NCBI GenBank assembly: GCA_002269645.1
Contig: NIVC01000487.1
Coordinates: 252,893 to 316,892, forward strand
DNA from: Macrostomum lignano
Lineage: Eukaryota
Direction: 5' to 3'
Length of the DNA stretch: 64,000 nt
In this document: piece by piece, positions 1 to 46,215 of the stretch
Layout: each line of letters starts with the position of its first letter
Position numbering within the stretch: position 1 is the first letter of the stretch
The notes under the pieces: model-generated
Databases searched by the model: none
What the model was told of the DNA's origin: nothing
What the model saw: only the letters and a program-made list of their open reading frames with translations
Translations under genes and position numbers: made by a program

Positions 1-14
1 TCTATCTATCTATC

Positions 15-45
<31 letters not shown>

Positions 46-79
46 CTATGCTACTATCTATCTATCTATCTATCTATCA

Positions 80-119
<40 letters not shown>

Positions 120-191
120 ATCTATCTATCTATTCTATCTATCTATCTATCTATCTGATCTATCTAATCTATCTATCTACTATCTATCTAT

Positions 192-230
<39 letters not shown>
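1..230. repeat. (TCTA)n microsatellite, imperfect
   Basis: Read directly. Confidence 0.95.
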
Positions 231-418
231 GAAATATAGGCTCATTTTCATGAAGAAAGATACATCTACGTTTCAATACGTTTAAATTCATCCGCAAAAT
301 ATGTAGGCACAACAAAGATCTCAACAAATGTCGATGATATATGTTTTCTGTCTCAACATGATGCCCATGCCAACAACAACAAAAACAAAGTAACGCTGTC
401 AGGTGGAAAAAACCAGCG

Positions 419-755
419 TCACAGGGCACGCTTCAGAGCCTGGGCGCGAACAAAGGCCGCACCGCCGGCAGATTCCGGGCGCGCCAGCGTTGGCCAGCAG
501 GCAGTCGACGAAACGCCGAGTTCGGCCTGGCCGCGCCGGTAGGGTGCCTGCAGCGTTAGCAGCAGCACCTCCTGCACCGGCTGCGAGCAGTAGGACTCGG
601 CGCGGATGATGTGGCCTGCCAGCTGGAGTCGCCGAGGTCGCAGCAGTTCACTTGGACGGGCCAGGCAGGCGCGGCGATAGAGTGCCCGCGTTAGTGATCC
701 GCTCGTCGCTGATCTTAAAGGCGGCGCGCAGCAGGCCAGGCACCCATGCCATGGA
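419..755 (-). mobile_element. 3' fragment of an RTE-type non-LTR retrotransposon ORF
   Basis: GLLRAAFK..ERITNA.LY..RRLQLAGHIIR..RRGQA..FVDCLLA, an RT C-terminal tail; homologous to 61890-62160. Confidence 0.7.
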
Positions 756-1372
756 CCACTGTAGTGATTTGTCATGTAGTCCGTCTTCTACAGTGGTCCT
801 TGGTGTACATTACATCCATTACATATGTGCATACATGTATTACACCGGCGACTCGGCCTATTCGAGCACGGCGTTCATGTAAGTGGCTCGTCAACAAGTA
901 GGTCACTGCTGTCGCGCTTGACAGACAGCAGCACGCGGGAGTGAGCAGGCGCTTGAACTAGCTAAACCCGATTGCGACCGTTTAAGAACAACAAAATGCT
1001 CCAGGTAGGATGGATAATCGCGGGTGCAATAAAAATCTTGTTAAGCAAACAGATGAGGGCTCAAATCTTAACTACTGATAGATGCTTTCATTCTTGTCCA
1101 TCGTGTATTTTGGCAACATTCTAAGAGAATAAATTTGGAAAGAAAGCTCGCAGCTTTCTGCGATCGCAGTGAGACATTTAGTTGCCAGAAGAAACACCCA
1201 CGACTACTAGGATAAGAAGTTTTCAAAGGTTCGAATAGAGAAGTTAGCTGTATCGATAGCAGTTATATTGGCCAAAAACCATGGGATAAGTTTTCTGAGT
1301 TCATTTTTAACTCTCACAAAGTTCACAATCAGGCGCTGATTAAAACAAACAACCGTCTTGACCATCTGGTTC

Positions 1373-2257
1373 CTAGGTCACCAGAATGGCAATGTAGTCC
1401 GCGTGCTGAATTGTTGAACTCATTGACTGTGTCGGATCGGTGCTGTAGACAATTGTCGGGATGGATTAGTCGATCTGTACATGGCGCACACATCGATCTG
1501 ATTGTCTAAGACAGCCATAAAATTGCGGTCGTTGCTGCAGCCATTATAATCATATTGATAAAAAATCTTCGTTCATTTGTCTTATCCGTGGCTCCTTCAA
1601 TAGAAAAGTATTGTTCGTGTTCATTGACGACAGGCTGGTCATAGGCCAGCTCTGCACAAGGCGCTCCTTGCTGAACCAATTCAGGCTGGTGACACCTGGA
1701 GCATTTGTGCCAACATCGAACACGAGTCTCACAACAACGGCGGAGTTCTTGTACAGCTGCACGATGAACTGCTTGAAAGTCAGTCCAGAGATCAGACGCT
1801 GCACATCATCGAGCAGACCGGAGCGGAAGGTGTCCAGCATGGCGGCCGCGTCAGGGTGCATTGGCTGCACCGCGTAGTCAGGTCGAGATGGTGGTCGGTC
1901 AGCACCTCCCATACCTTTTGACCGCAGCCGCTCTTCACGCTCATGACGACGTGCTCAAGAGCCGTCAGTCCGACTGCATGAACACGGTGCAGTCAGTTGT
2001 ACACAGCTCGTAGCGGGGCACACAGCGGCTGTCACGTGACACGCGTCTTCACTTGACGACGTCATAACTGCAGCGGACTCAGCGGCCGACATTGAGGCGT
2101 AGAAGCTGCAGGTTCGCTCACTGGCAGCAACGATGATCGAGCCCGGATCAGCGCACACCGGCTTAAAGGAGTACCTCAGGTATTGCAGGCTGCGGGCAGC
2201 TTTGGCCGCCGCAATAAGCAGTAGAATATGAAGAGAGAAATTTTGCTGTAGCAGCAT
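1373..2257 (-). pseudogene. Frameshifted single-exon gene for a secreted protein: signal peptide, Cys-rich N-part and an uncharacterised invertebrate domain
   Basis: MLLQQNFSLHILLLIAAAKA signal peptide; across at least 4 frame changes reads VVMSVKSGCGQKVW..FRSGLLDD..VQLYKN..LVFD..NWFSKERLVQSWP..YFSIEG..RRFFIN.DYNGCSND..HADYIAILVT*. Confidence 0.65.
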
Positions 2258-2835
2258 ATTGAGTTATTGCTCTAGCAGACCAGTGCAAGCTCCTGGCGCT
2301 TAAGGATTTTATCAGAAATTTTTATAGAAATTTCATCCGTGTCTCCGTGCAGGGCCGTGAATTTCTAATGTATTGACAGGTTATTGACAAAAGGCTGAAA
2401 TTTGATGGACAAAGCTCCGGGTAAAAGCCAGGATAGAAATTAAAAGATAGAAATGCAAAGAGTCACTACTAACTATCTTCATCGTCTGTAAAGCCATAAA
2501 AGTTCTGAGGCAGGAACTTTTTGTTTGGGCTCTGTTTTGGCAACTGAACGCTGCACTAAGTAGAGGCATGAACGAGTATTCCACTAATGACTAGTGCTCC
2601 ATCATTCCTCATTTCCTCTTCACTGCAATATGCTATCGCCCTGGCCTCCACAATCTTTCTATTCTCAACCGTTGCACAGCAGTTTATGGCTGCATAGCAA
2701 CTTGTTAAACACATTCAGCCCAACCTGAGTCTGGGAGATGCACTCTTAGACTATAAGCTAGATGGATGAAGTTATCGAATAAACAACTATTTCTCATTTA
2801 CTAGCACTCTACCTACCTCATGGTCCATAGGTGTA

Positions 2836-2932
2836 GCACCCGTGCCTACCCTGCATGGTCCTTCGATACAGAACCTGTGCCTACCCTGCATGGTCCTTCG
2901 ATACAGCACCTGTGCCTACCCTGCATGGTCCT
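2836..2932. repeat. 35-bp tandem repeat, about 3 copies
   Basis: CCTACCCTGCATGGTCC recurs at 35-bp spacing. Confidence 0.85.
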
Positions 2933-4827
2933 ACTAAAAATAAAACTAAGAATTAGAATCACGTTTTAATTAAACAAACAGAAAATAAGTACGCGTATGT
3001 TAGAATAAAACGCAACGAAAAAGTGCCCGATTGTCACAAGAGAAATCTAACCATTTTAATCGTATTGAGGCTAAAATAAAAAAAAATGCACCGGAAGCTT
3101 AGACTAGACTATTTTAATTTCGAGCAAAGTTCGCTAACCCGAAATTCACTGACAAATCCAACTATCAAGGCTTCAGTAAGATAGAGGCAATCAATTCCAA
3201 ACTACAATTTATCCAGACTAAGAAGAACCCCAGGTGCTATCTGGATGCTCTCAGAAAATGTCAAGTTACATTTCCATGACGACAAGGGCCGAATGGTATC
3301 TAAACTAGGTTTAAAAAATTCTGCCGTTTGGATTTGATTTTCTTCCACTCACCAGCGTTGCTAGGTAGCACATCTAGCGGCCCCTGGAACCAATTTGCAC
3401 TGGCTGACCCAGTGCTCTCATTTTTGTCTAAGTTGAGACAATGACGTTTCAGTGCAACAGAAGAAAAAATCTAATATTTTTAAGAACTGCTGCCACACAA
3501 CACAAGTGGCGTTATTCCCTGCAACCCAAACAGCAACAATTGAAAAGAAGATGAAGGCAATTATTAAATGAAAATTCGAAATCAGCATCAAAATCTGACA
3601 AAAATTCCTGCGGCTCAATGATTGATAAAATCAGGCAAACTCGAAACTTTTCCTATTGTTCTCCATCTGCTTCGGGCTTTTCCTCGGGCTGCTCTCGATT
3701 GTTGGTGAGACAAAATACATACCCGTTGAAATTGTCTTAACAGTTTTATCTATGGCCAAAATAGTAGCACTAGCGGGTGAAGGGCAATAGTGTCTGTCCA
3801 TGACTCTATGGTCGTTGCTGCACCAACTGTTTCACAGCAGTGCTTGTTTTTACCATAGAAGCGTTCGCTAGTGTATTTAGCGGCCGTCTCCGACGCCTCG
3901 AAAACCCCGGGTTTGGGCCACAGACACCAGCTAGTGCATGAGAGCAGCAGAAGCTATAGTCTATGGTCTGAACCCCAGGTTTTTGCTCTGCGGCCAGGCG
4001 GCTGGAGTGGCCCATCTAGGTAATATAGAGTCTGTGGGCTCAACTGCATGGGCTGAAATAAAAATAATTGAGCAGTAATAAAAGTACAATTGAAAAAGTC
4101 AGGTTAAAATGTTGATTGTTTCCATTGAAATTTTGACACGTGGGTAAACAAATATTAGTGACATTGACTTTGTAAGCGGCGACTTAGTTTATAACCGTAC
4201 TATAATAACGACAATTAACTCAGCATCTCTTGAGTTCACCCAGCTGTAAAATGGGTGCCAGCTAATTTTGGGTTATTTGAGGGTGTGTGTGGCGGTCTCC
4301 CCTCAGTCCTTGGACTGAACAGCCGTACGCAGACTTCAGTTGCGCCGCGCAATAGCTGCGGCTGAGCTGTCGGTTGCACATCTACTCATCAGGTTAGGTT
4401 TAATCACTTATTATTATTACTATATATTAAAATTTCTTGTCGCACTCGCCAACACAAAGTGCCAATCGTGCCGGAAATTCTGTGGCGTCAGAAACTCGCC
4501 CAGCTGATGCTAAATGCCAACTGCTCGCACCTGATGCCAGAATGCCTAACAGAAGAAGCAGTCTGCTGGTCAACGCATTCTTAACCAAGTCGCTGGCCGC
4601 TTTCGGCCAGAGCCCGGACAGTGCCGAGCTGAACGCCTGTCTCAGCGCGTCCGAGCGACTACAGTCGGAGTCCGACCTGGCCAGCACGAGCACGAGGATC
4701 GGCCTGCTGTTCGCCTCGCAGGCCGTCGTCCAGTTTTGTCAATGTGGGCGTTAAGCCGCTCAATGATAAAATTGGATTCCGCGTGCCCATGCTCATTGGA
4801 TTCGGGTTCTTGATGGCGTCTACCCTC

Positions 4828-6520
<1,693 letters not shown>

Positions 6521-7020
6521 GTACGAGCGTACATGCACTCATGACTTCATTAGAGAGTCCATGAGCCAATAATCAAGTTCAAACCTGAGTTCATGCGTTA
6601 ACGAGTGAGTAGATTGCATGTATATCTTCCAGCAGCGCCACCCCACCCCGCACCTCTCTGCACCGGCAGTGTTCGCCTTCTCCAACTCCTATGCCGGCCT
6701 GTTCGCTGCCAGGTCAGTCCGGGGATCGGCTCGGCATTCGTTTGCGTCACCAGTGAGCGAATTGCATTTTTTGGCGCTTTAAACCGAAATTTTACAATAC
6801 GCATAACATGCCAAGTCTTTGTTCAACTAATCCCTAGGCCTGACTCTCGTTGCCACCCTCTACAAGAATCAAAGAGTCAAAGAATCAAAAGAGTCGAGCT
6901 GAGGCACTGAGCCTGTCTCTGGGGTCGATGTGACTGGGCGTCCTCGGTGAGAACTCGTCAGCTCGTGTCGGTTGTGTCATACACGTATAGGGATGACATT
7001 TTTCAGCGAGAAAGTCCGGA

Positions 7021-8561
7021 ATGGTTGGTCACAATCATCTGACATGGTAGGTCACAATCATCTGACATGGTAGGTCACAATCATCTGACATGGTAGGTCA
7101 CAATCATCTGACATGGTAGGTCACAATCATCTGACATGGTAGGTCACAATCATCTGACATGGTAGGTCACAATCATCTGACATGGTAGGTCACAATTATC
7201 TGACATGGTAGGTCACAATCATCTGACATGGTAGGTCACAATCATCTGACATGGTAGGTCACAATCATCTGACATGGTAGGTCACAATCATCTGACATGG
7301 TAGGTCACAATTATCGGACATGGTAGGTCACAATCATCTGACATGGTAGGTCACAATCATCTGACATGGTAGGTCACAATCATCTGACATGGTAGGTCAC
7401 AATCATCTGACATGGTAGGTCACAATCATCTGACATGGTAGGTCACAATCATCTGACATGGTAGGTCACAATTATCTGACATGGTAGGTCACAATTATCT
7501 GACATGATAGGTCACAATCATCTGACATGGTAGGTCACAATCATCTGACATGGTAGGTCACAATCATCTGACATGGTAGGTCACAATCATCTGACATGAT
7601 AGGTCACAATCATCTGACATGGTAGGTCACAATCATCTGACATGGTAGGTCACAATCATCTGACATGGTAGGTCACAATCATCTGACATGGTAGGTCACA
7701 ATCATCTGACATGGTAGGTCACAATCATCTGACATGGTAGGTCACAATCATCTGACATGGTAGGTCACAATCATCTGACATGGTAGGTCACAATTATCTG
7801 ACATGATAGGTCACAATCATCTGACATGGTAGGTCACAATCATCTGACATGGTAGGTCACAATCATCTGACATGGTAGGTCACAATCATCTGACATGGTA
7901 GGTCACAATCATCTGACATGGTAGGTCACAATCATCTGACATGGTAGGTCACAATCATCTGACATGGTAGGTCACAATCATCTGACATGGTAGGTCACAA
8001 TCATCTGACATGATAGGTCACAATCATCTGACATGATAGGTCACAATCATCTGACATGGTAGGTCACAATCATCTGACATGATAGGTCACAATTATCTGA
8101 CATGATAGGTCACAATCATATGACATGGTAGGTCACAATCATCTGACATGGTAGGTCACAATCATATGACATGGTAGGTCACAATTATCTGACATGGTAG
8201 GTCACAATCATCTGATATGGTAGGTCACAATCATCTGACACGATAGGTCACAATCATCTGACATGGTAGGTCACAATTATCTGACATGGTAGGTCACAAT
8301 CATCTGACATAGTAGGTCACAATCATCTGACATGGTAGGTCACAATCATCTGACATGGTAGGTCACAATCATCTGACATGGTAGGTCACAATCATCTGAC
8401 ACGGTAGGTCACAATCATATGACATGGTAGGTCACAATCATCTGACATGGTAGGTCACAATTATCTTACATGGTAGGTCACAATCATATGACATGGTAGG
8501 TCACAATCATATGACATGGTAGGTCACAATCATCTGACATGGTAGGTCACAATTATCTGAC
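7021..8561. repeat. 23-bp ATGGTAGGTCACAATCATCTGAC array, 67 units
   Basis: 8562-7021 = 1541 = 67 x 23. Confidence 0.97.
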
Positions 8562-8721
8562 ATGCTCGATCCGCAGATTGTCCTGGCCTCAACTGTTCTG
8601 GCATTTGACAGCCTCAGCCTGGCCATCCTGCAGCCCACCCTGCCCGTCTGGATGCGCCAGACAATGGGCGCCACGGCCTGGCAGCAGGGAGTCGCCTTCC
8701 TGCCCACCTCCGCTGCCTACG

Positions 8722-8965
<244 letters not shown>

Positions 8966-10830
8966 CTGACAGATAGACAAGCCGCAGTCCTACACTCACT
9001 CCTTGTAGGCCCAGCCATCAGTGGTATCCTGGTTGACCAGCTCGGCTTTGTGTGGATGATGCGGGCGGTCGCGGCATGCAACCTGGTGATGGCGCCGGTG
9101 CTGATGCTGTTGAGCGGAGGCCAGCAAGTGACGTCTTCGCAGAAGCTGAGGCTGGACTGACTGAAGACTTTGCTGAAGCTGCATCAAGCGTAAAAATCAA
9201 TAGACATTGAACTACGTAGCAATTTGACAGATCTATGATAATAAGTATAATAATAATAATGAAAATATTTGTAATAACTGAAGAGTTTGGTCGGGTGGTG
9301 ATCAGTCACCCGAAAACTCCCACTTCCAGACACTTAAGCCTGGGAACAAATTCAGTGATCACTTACTGTTGCGGGCTCCTCTTCTTTGTCGCGCGTGTCT
9401 GTAGAGCTCGTCTCCCGGGGTAGTCTTCTTCAAGTCTAGAATCGGCCGAAAGCGAGAGCGGAACAATAAAATCGACGTCGCAGTATTCCTCGTGTGCAGA
9501 AATCAATATCAACGATGCGCCCTAATAACAAAACCAACTTCTATAACAATACGAGGTCCTCCAGAAAGGGCGTCTTCTTCTAGAACTAACGGAATCGGAG
9601 TCATGTGCTCCGATCGGTTAATCTAGGATAATCCAAAATCAATAACTCGATAATCCTCTAAGGGTATCGGAATCGGTCGGCAGATCCTATCCAATCCCTT
9701 AGGAAAAGGGAGGCCTCAAACTCAATAGTCTCAATAAAATCAACTGAAGAGTAACGGCCGGCAATAACAATCGCTCTCAATAATCAAAATAACGAAGAGT
9801 TTGGCTGCTCTTGCAAAGCCCAAGATCTTTGGAGGCTGCTCCGAGTCTGAGATTTCAGCTCGGATTTTGCTTGTATTTATAGTCAAATTTTGGTATATTA
9901 TTAGTAACTTTGCTCAGATTTCATCATATTTCATCATGCGTTGTAATTTGATTCATACTTCATCGTAAGTTGTATTCATGGTCTTAAAAATAGAGTATGA
10001 CAATTTGGCAATTTTATAGCATTAAAGTTTTTCGCGTTTTTATGTTACTACTTATAGTAGTTTACTTTGTATCGTTTCTGGAGATCTCTACATAACGTTC
10101 AAAGCCTTTGTCGACATCGCTGACTCCTCAACACATACAAGCGCGCCAATACTGTACGCAGACACGCACTCATACACACTCACACTACAGAACTTCACTT
10201 CTGTACTTAAATTATTAACTTCATTGCAGTTCTGTGACAGTGGCTTCTGCTGCTGCAAATAAAGGTTATATTACCTCAATTACTTCCATAGATTAGAAAT
10301 TAGAAATTAAATTATACAATAGAAAAAATAATGTAAGCATGCTACAAATACGTCGGCTAATTCGTTGGTGTCCTTTGTTACACAGTGGTTATCTGATCGC
10401 ATCAGAAGAGCAAGTTAAGGGATAAAAAATTAACAGTGTATGCGTCCTGTGTATTTTCAACAGTAGCTATAAATAAACACAAAAATACAATTGGGGAATA
10501 CTATTTAAAAACAACTGCAAACCGCTTGCCGGAGCGCTGAGATGAAGCAACCGATCTAAGTGTAAGCTTAAATGGAGACACGATCTTCCGGAACCACAGT
10601 TCGAGAATGCGTTAATAAGATTGAAAATTTTCAAGTTTTTAGCGCTAAAGTTAAAAGTTAGAACGACTGTATGACGAATTTCTGCTAACTCCTTACTTGG
10701 AAGGCTTCTGAGCTTTTAGCCACAGAATACTATAATTACTAGACATGTCCACTCGCAGTTAAGTTATAAAAAAGCACAGTGTCTACTCTTTTTAATAGTT
10801 TGTCTCCACAGTGTCACTTAAATTATTTCT

Positions 10831-11345
10831 GGCAGCTAAAATTTATTTTCCTTCCCGGCTTCAGGAGCATACGCTCGTATGAGGGAGGGGGTATAAAAAT
10901 GAATAACAAGCATTTAACTCGATAAACAATAAAAGAGCAGTGAGGAGAGAGGGCAAAGTCAGACGAACAAAACTCAGCTCGGGGGGCAGGCCCAATCTAG
11001 CTCAGCCAATGAGAGAACAGTAAGGAGAGAGGGCAAAGTCAGACGAACAAAACTCAGCTCGGGGGGGCAGGCCCAATCTAGCTCAGCCAATGAGAGAACA
11101 GTAAGGAGAGAGGGCAAAGTCAGACGGACAAAACTCAGCTTAAGGGGCAAGGCCCAATCTAGCTCAGCCAATGAGAGAACAGTAAGGAGAGAGGGCAAAG
11201 TCAGACGAACAAAACTCAGCTCGGGGGGGCAGGCCCAATCTAGCTCAGCCAATGAGAGAACAGTAAGGAGAGAGGGCAAAGTCAGACGGACAAAACTCAG
11301 CTTAAGGGGCAAGGCCCAATCTAGCCCAGCCAATGAGAGAGCAGT
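10831..11345 (+). mobile_element. Dispersed non-autonomous element with an internal 81-bp tandem repeat (about 5 units)
   Basis: 27-aa periodicity in ORF 10974-11333; flank and unit both recur inverted at 20730-21062. Confidence 0.6.
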
Positions 11346-12014
11346 AAAAGAATTTCGAGTTTGAGGTAGTCTGGATTTGGTAAAACAGGATGAAGAGGCA
11401 GTGAAGACGCTAATTTAATTGGTCTGTTTCTAGAAAGCCGATTTTTGCAGCTTCATAAACTTTAAATTTCATGTAAAATTAAGTTGAATTTTAATTTAAC
11501 TATTATGCTCGTCAGAGCAAAATGCCAATTTTACTACTAAAAAAGAGTAGATGGGTGCAATTTTTGCCAGTGACATGTCTAGCTATTCTATACCCTCATA
11601 GTAGCATCTCTAGTATCTCTGCTTTTAGCTAAGTGATTGAATGGCACGGACTGAAAACACGACAATACCCTACGAGAAGAAACTGTCTTTATGGCTGAAA
11701 CGCATTGATTGATCGCAGTAAAAAAAGCACAGCTACATCGGAAGGTAAACGCAGGATTACAGATAACATTAATTTGATAATTGGTACAGCTTGTACTATT
11801 ATAATTTGCCAATACAATCAAATTGAAGTTTTTAATCTCTATGTGCATTATTTTAGAATAGAAAAAATAGGAGTGAATTAGACGAAGCTTACAAGAAATC
11901 CGTATTTAAATTATCACGCAGAATACTTTGACTTTACTTTTATTGATACACACAGACACACAGTTTGGCTTTGGGCCAATGTAAATAAGCAATTGCAATA
12001 CTTCAATCACGATT

Positions 12015-12020
12015 TTTATT
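12015..12020 (-). terminator. Candidate polyadenylation signal AATAAA of the CDON-like gene
   Basis: TTTATT on the + strand about 340 nt downstream of the stop codon. Confidence 0.35.
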
Positions 12021-12362
12021 CAGTATGAGAATGGTATTGTCGTATCGGGCCAAAATGTTATGTTGAGGACGTTTATAGTAGAACGGCTGACAGGGGACGA
12101 CGAAGGACGAAAAGTTATGTTTCGAAGGTCGATTTTTTATACGATTTTAACCCTATTCTTTTGAACGCTGTCAACGCACCTTACCGGAGGCTGCGGCAGT
12201 CGGGATTATTTTTCTTAAGACCTTAACTAATTATTTGTTCTTCAGTTGGTAAATAAAATAAAAGGATTCAAATTTTGCAAAAATCTACCAGCCGGCCTTC
12301 AAAACACTCCAATCGAGACACACCGTCTCAACTTTCAACTAATTAATTTCCTATATTTTGCG

Positions 12363-43225
<30,863 letters not shown>

Positions 43226-43684
43226 GGTCACGCCGACAGACCACGGCGGCGGCAGCGGTGGCGGCGCGGCGGCGGCGACAGTCGCGGCAGACAGACAGGT
43301 GGCGCGCAGAGGGACGGATCGAGCGGGATAGGAGATGTGGAGCTTACAGGCTCACGGGATCTTGCGATATTGTCATCCTCAATCCCCCTCCCCAGCTGCA
43401 GGGCATTAGCAGATAAAAAAATCACAGAAATCAATCGGGCCGCTATTACGCGTCATCATCACCATGGCAACCGGCTGCAACAGACGGAGCATATGCGTCC
43501 CGTCGCGATCCACCCCAATTTCTAAGCAGCAAAACGGCCATCCAATTAATTAAATAATTGAAGGCTTTTGATGAGCGCTGGGGACCCTCAAAATGGTAAT
43601 CACAGTAATGGAAGGTGTCACATCATTTGCAGCCTCGAGATTCGAGTGAAATCTCTTCTTACCAGGGGTATTGTCATTATTCGG

Positions 43685-43962
43685 TTTTTTTATTAGAGGC
43701 AGGGGCTGTGTGCAACCCTGGCGTACTTTAAGCGACATTGTCACACAACCGGCGAGAGGCATTACTGCCCATGCCGCTTACTCCTCTGAGCAGGCATACC
43801 TAGGCATGTACACTTCACTGTGCCTTGGGGTTTGGACCTTAATTGCACGAGCAGAGCCAAGCCGAGATTCCAATTCAGCCCCAAATTAATGCGACTGCAC
43901 TTGGAATCGAGCCTGGGCCGCTGGCACATCAGAGCGCCGCGATGGACCACTGGGCTACGGCC
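43685..43962 (-). mobile_element. tRNA-derived SINE, near full length
   Basis: Head GGCCGTAGCCCAGTGG (A box), GGCTCGATTCC (B box), body shared with 27853, 45740 and 47055 copies, CCTCTAATAAAAAA tail. Confidence 0.7.
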
Positions 43963-44593
43963 TTCGTTATTAAACTCCAAGATCAAAAATCATCAAAGCT
44001 TAAAATTGAAGCCAAATATTCAGGCACTAAATAATAGCTTAAAACGTAGATTAACTTCTAGAAAATATAGTTGCTATGGCAACTAAGCGCAGCGTGAAGA
44101 TTGACGCGTGGAAATTCAAAATAGATTCCAAGATTATTTTTATCTGGATCTAATTATGCGATTAAATAAAGGGAAACCCAATCAAACTCCCATGCCTGCT
44201 TTTGTCTAATTCTAATCTGCTTCTAGTTGAAAAAACCGAACAAAGCATTTGCCTCGCCGTCTAAAGAAGAAAAGGAAAAAGAGAGATGGGCAAAGAGCTG
44301 CGTTGTTTCACCGTTGACCGAGGACAAACATGAATGGGAAGTGAACTGGGGGTAAACTGCCCTCAACTGCTTAGGAACTGGACTAGTCATGCGGTACGTA
44401 CTTCGCTTCAACCAAAAACTGGCGCGCCTCTCCAGGCAGAGAGGGGCAGCAGAATGCGGGATATTAAAAATTATTTGCAAGGTTCGCTTGGCCGCGGAGA
44501 CAATGCCCGCCAGTTCCAGGCAGACCACCCGCTGAGAGAGCAAGAGGGCAGGGGATTTTCCACACTGATTCGTAGCTTAAAAAGCTGAACCTC

Positions 44594-44729
44594 TGTCAGT
44601 CTGTCCGTCTGTCTGTCTGTCTGTCTTAGTGTCTGTCTGTCTTAGTGTCTGTCTGTCTGTCTGTCTGTCTTAGTGTCTGTCTGTCTTAGTGTCTGTCTGT
44701 CTGTCTGTCTGTCTTAGTGTCTGTCTGTG

Positions 44730-44770
<41 letters not shown>

Positions 44771-44777
44771 GCCTGCC

Positions 44778-44814
<37 letters not shown>

Positions 44815-44821
44815 GCCTGCC

Positions 44822-44898
<77 letters not shown>

Positions 44899-45149
44899 TG
44901 GTGTCTGTCTGTCTTAGTGTCTGTCTGTCTTAGTGTCTGTCTAAGTGTCTGTCTTAGTGTCTGTCTGTCTGTCTAAGTGTCTGTCTGTCTTAGTGTCTGT
45001 CTAAGTGTCTGTCTGTCTTAGTGTCTGTCTGTTTAAGTGTCTGTCTGTCTTAGTGTCTGTCTGTCTTAGTGTCTGTCTGTCTTAGTGTCTGTCTGTCTTA
45101 GTGTCTGTCTGTCTTAGTGTCTGTCTGTCTTAGTGTCTGTCTGTCTTAG

Positions 45150-45180
<31 letters not shown>

Positions 45181-45257
45181 CTGTCTGTCTGTCTTAGTGT
45201 CTGTCTGTCTTAGTGTCTGTCTGTCTGTCTGTCTGTCTTAGTGTCTGTCTGTCTTAG

Positions 45258-45298
<41 letters not shown>

Positions 45299-45305
45299 GC
45301 CTGCC

Positions 45306-45346
<41 letters not shown>

Positions 45347-45353
45347 GCCTGCC

Positions 45354-45430
<77 letters not shown>

Positions 45431-46137
45431 TGGTGTCTGTCTGTCTTAGTGTCTGTCTGTCTTAGTGTCTGTCTAAGTGTCTGTCTTAGTGTCTGTCTGT
45501 CTGTCTAAGTGTCTGTCTGTCTTAGTGTCTGTCTAAGTGTATGTCTGTCTTAGTGTCTGTCTGTTTAAGTGTCTGTCTGTCTTAGTGTCTGTCTGTCTTA
45601 GTGTCTGTCTGTCTTAGTGTCTGTCTGTCTTAGTGTCTGTCTGTCTTAGTGTCTGTCTGTCTTAGTGTCTGTCTGTCTGTCTGTCTGTCTGTCTTAGTGT
45701 CTGTCTGTCTGTGTCTGTCTGTCTGTCTTAGTGTCTGTCAGTATCTGACAATAAGAAAGTCAGGGCCGCTGTACATCCTGTGTGAGCTCGTGCCAGCATA
45801 CGTATTTGTGTGCACAAATGCTACACTGCATAACACATTGCTTTACTAATAAAGAACTCAAAATGCTGCAGTCGACTCACCAAACTGACGCGAGCTGTCA
45901 GCCACCAATCCGACTGTCGGATGCACCTGGATTGTCAGCAGCAGCGGCAGCAGCGGCAGCAGCTGAGGCCATTTTGTTTCTGCCGATGGCCGCGGCGCCC
46001 ACATGACCGTCTGCTGTGGTTTTGATGCGGCAGCTGGACTTGAGGGCGGGTCGGGACACTGGCGCCTGGGCTGAAAGTTAGTACGAGTATGAAGGGCAAA
46101 TTGAGTTATTCTGTATTAGTGTTCCCTTTTGGATCGC

Positions 46138-46202
<65 letters not shown>

Positions 46203-46215
46203 GCCTGTCTGCCCA
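44594..46215. repeat. (CTGT)n with interspersed TTAGTGT (44594-45739) plus (CTGT)n at 46135-46215
   Basis: Read directly. Confidence 0.93.
45740..45830 (+). mobile_element. Short SINE fragment, same family
   Basis: AGAAAGTCAGGG..TGTACATCCTGTGTGAG matches the 47055 copy. Confidence 0.5.

Noticed and set aside
3798-4037. MITE with CCA(T/C)AGACTCTAT-type inverted ends in SLC18 intron 1
   Set aside because: The inverted match is short and imperfect, with no clear TSD.
4210-4370. CORE-SINE-like motif CAGCTGTAAAATGGG
   Set aside because: Only a short match with no Pol III head or second copy here.
9000-9178. Minus-strand exon suggested by a GTGAGT donor and track ORF 8996-9187
   Set aside because: The plus strand encodes a clear SLC18 C-terminal exon with its own acceptor; the minus-strand signals are incidental.
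43900-43962. tRNA gene
   Set aside because: A and B boxes are present but there is no cloverleaf or terminator, and it continues into a repeated SINE body.
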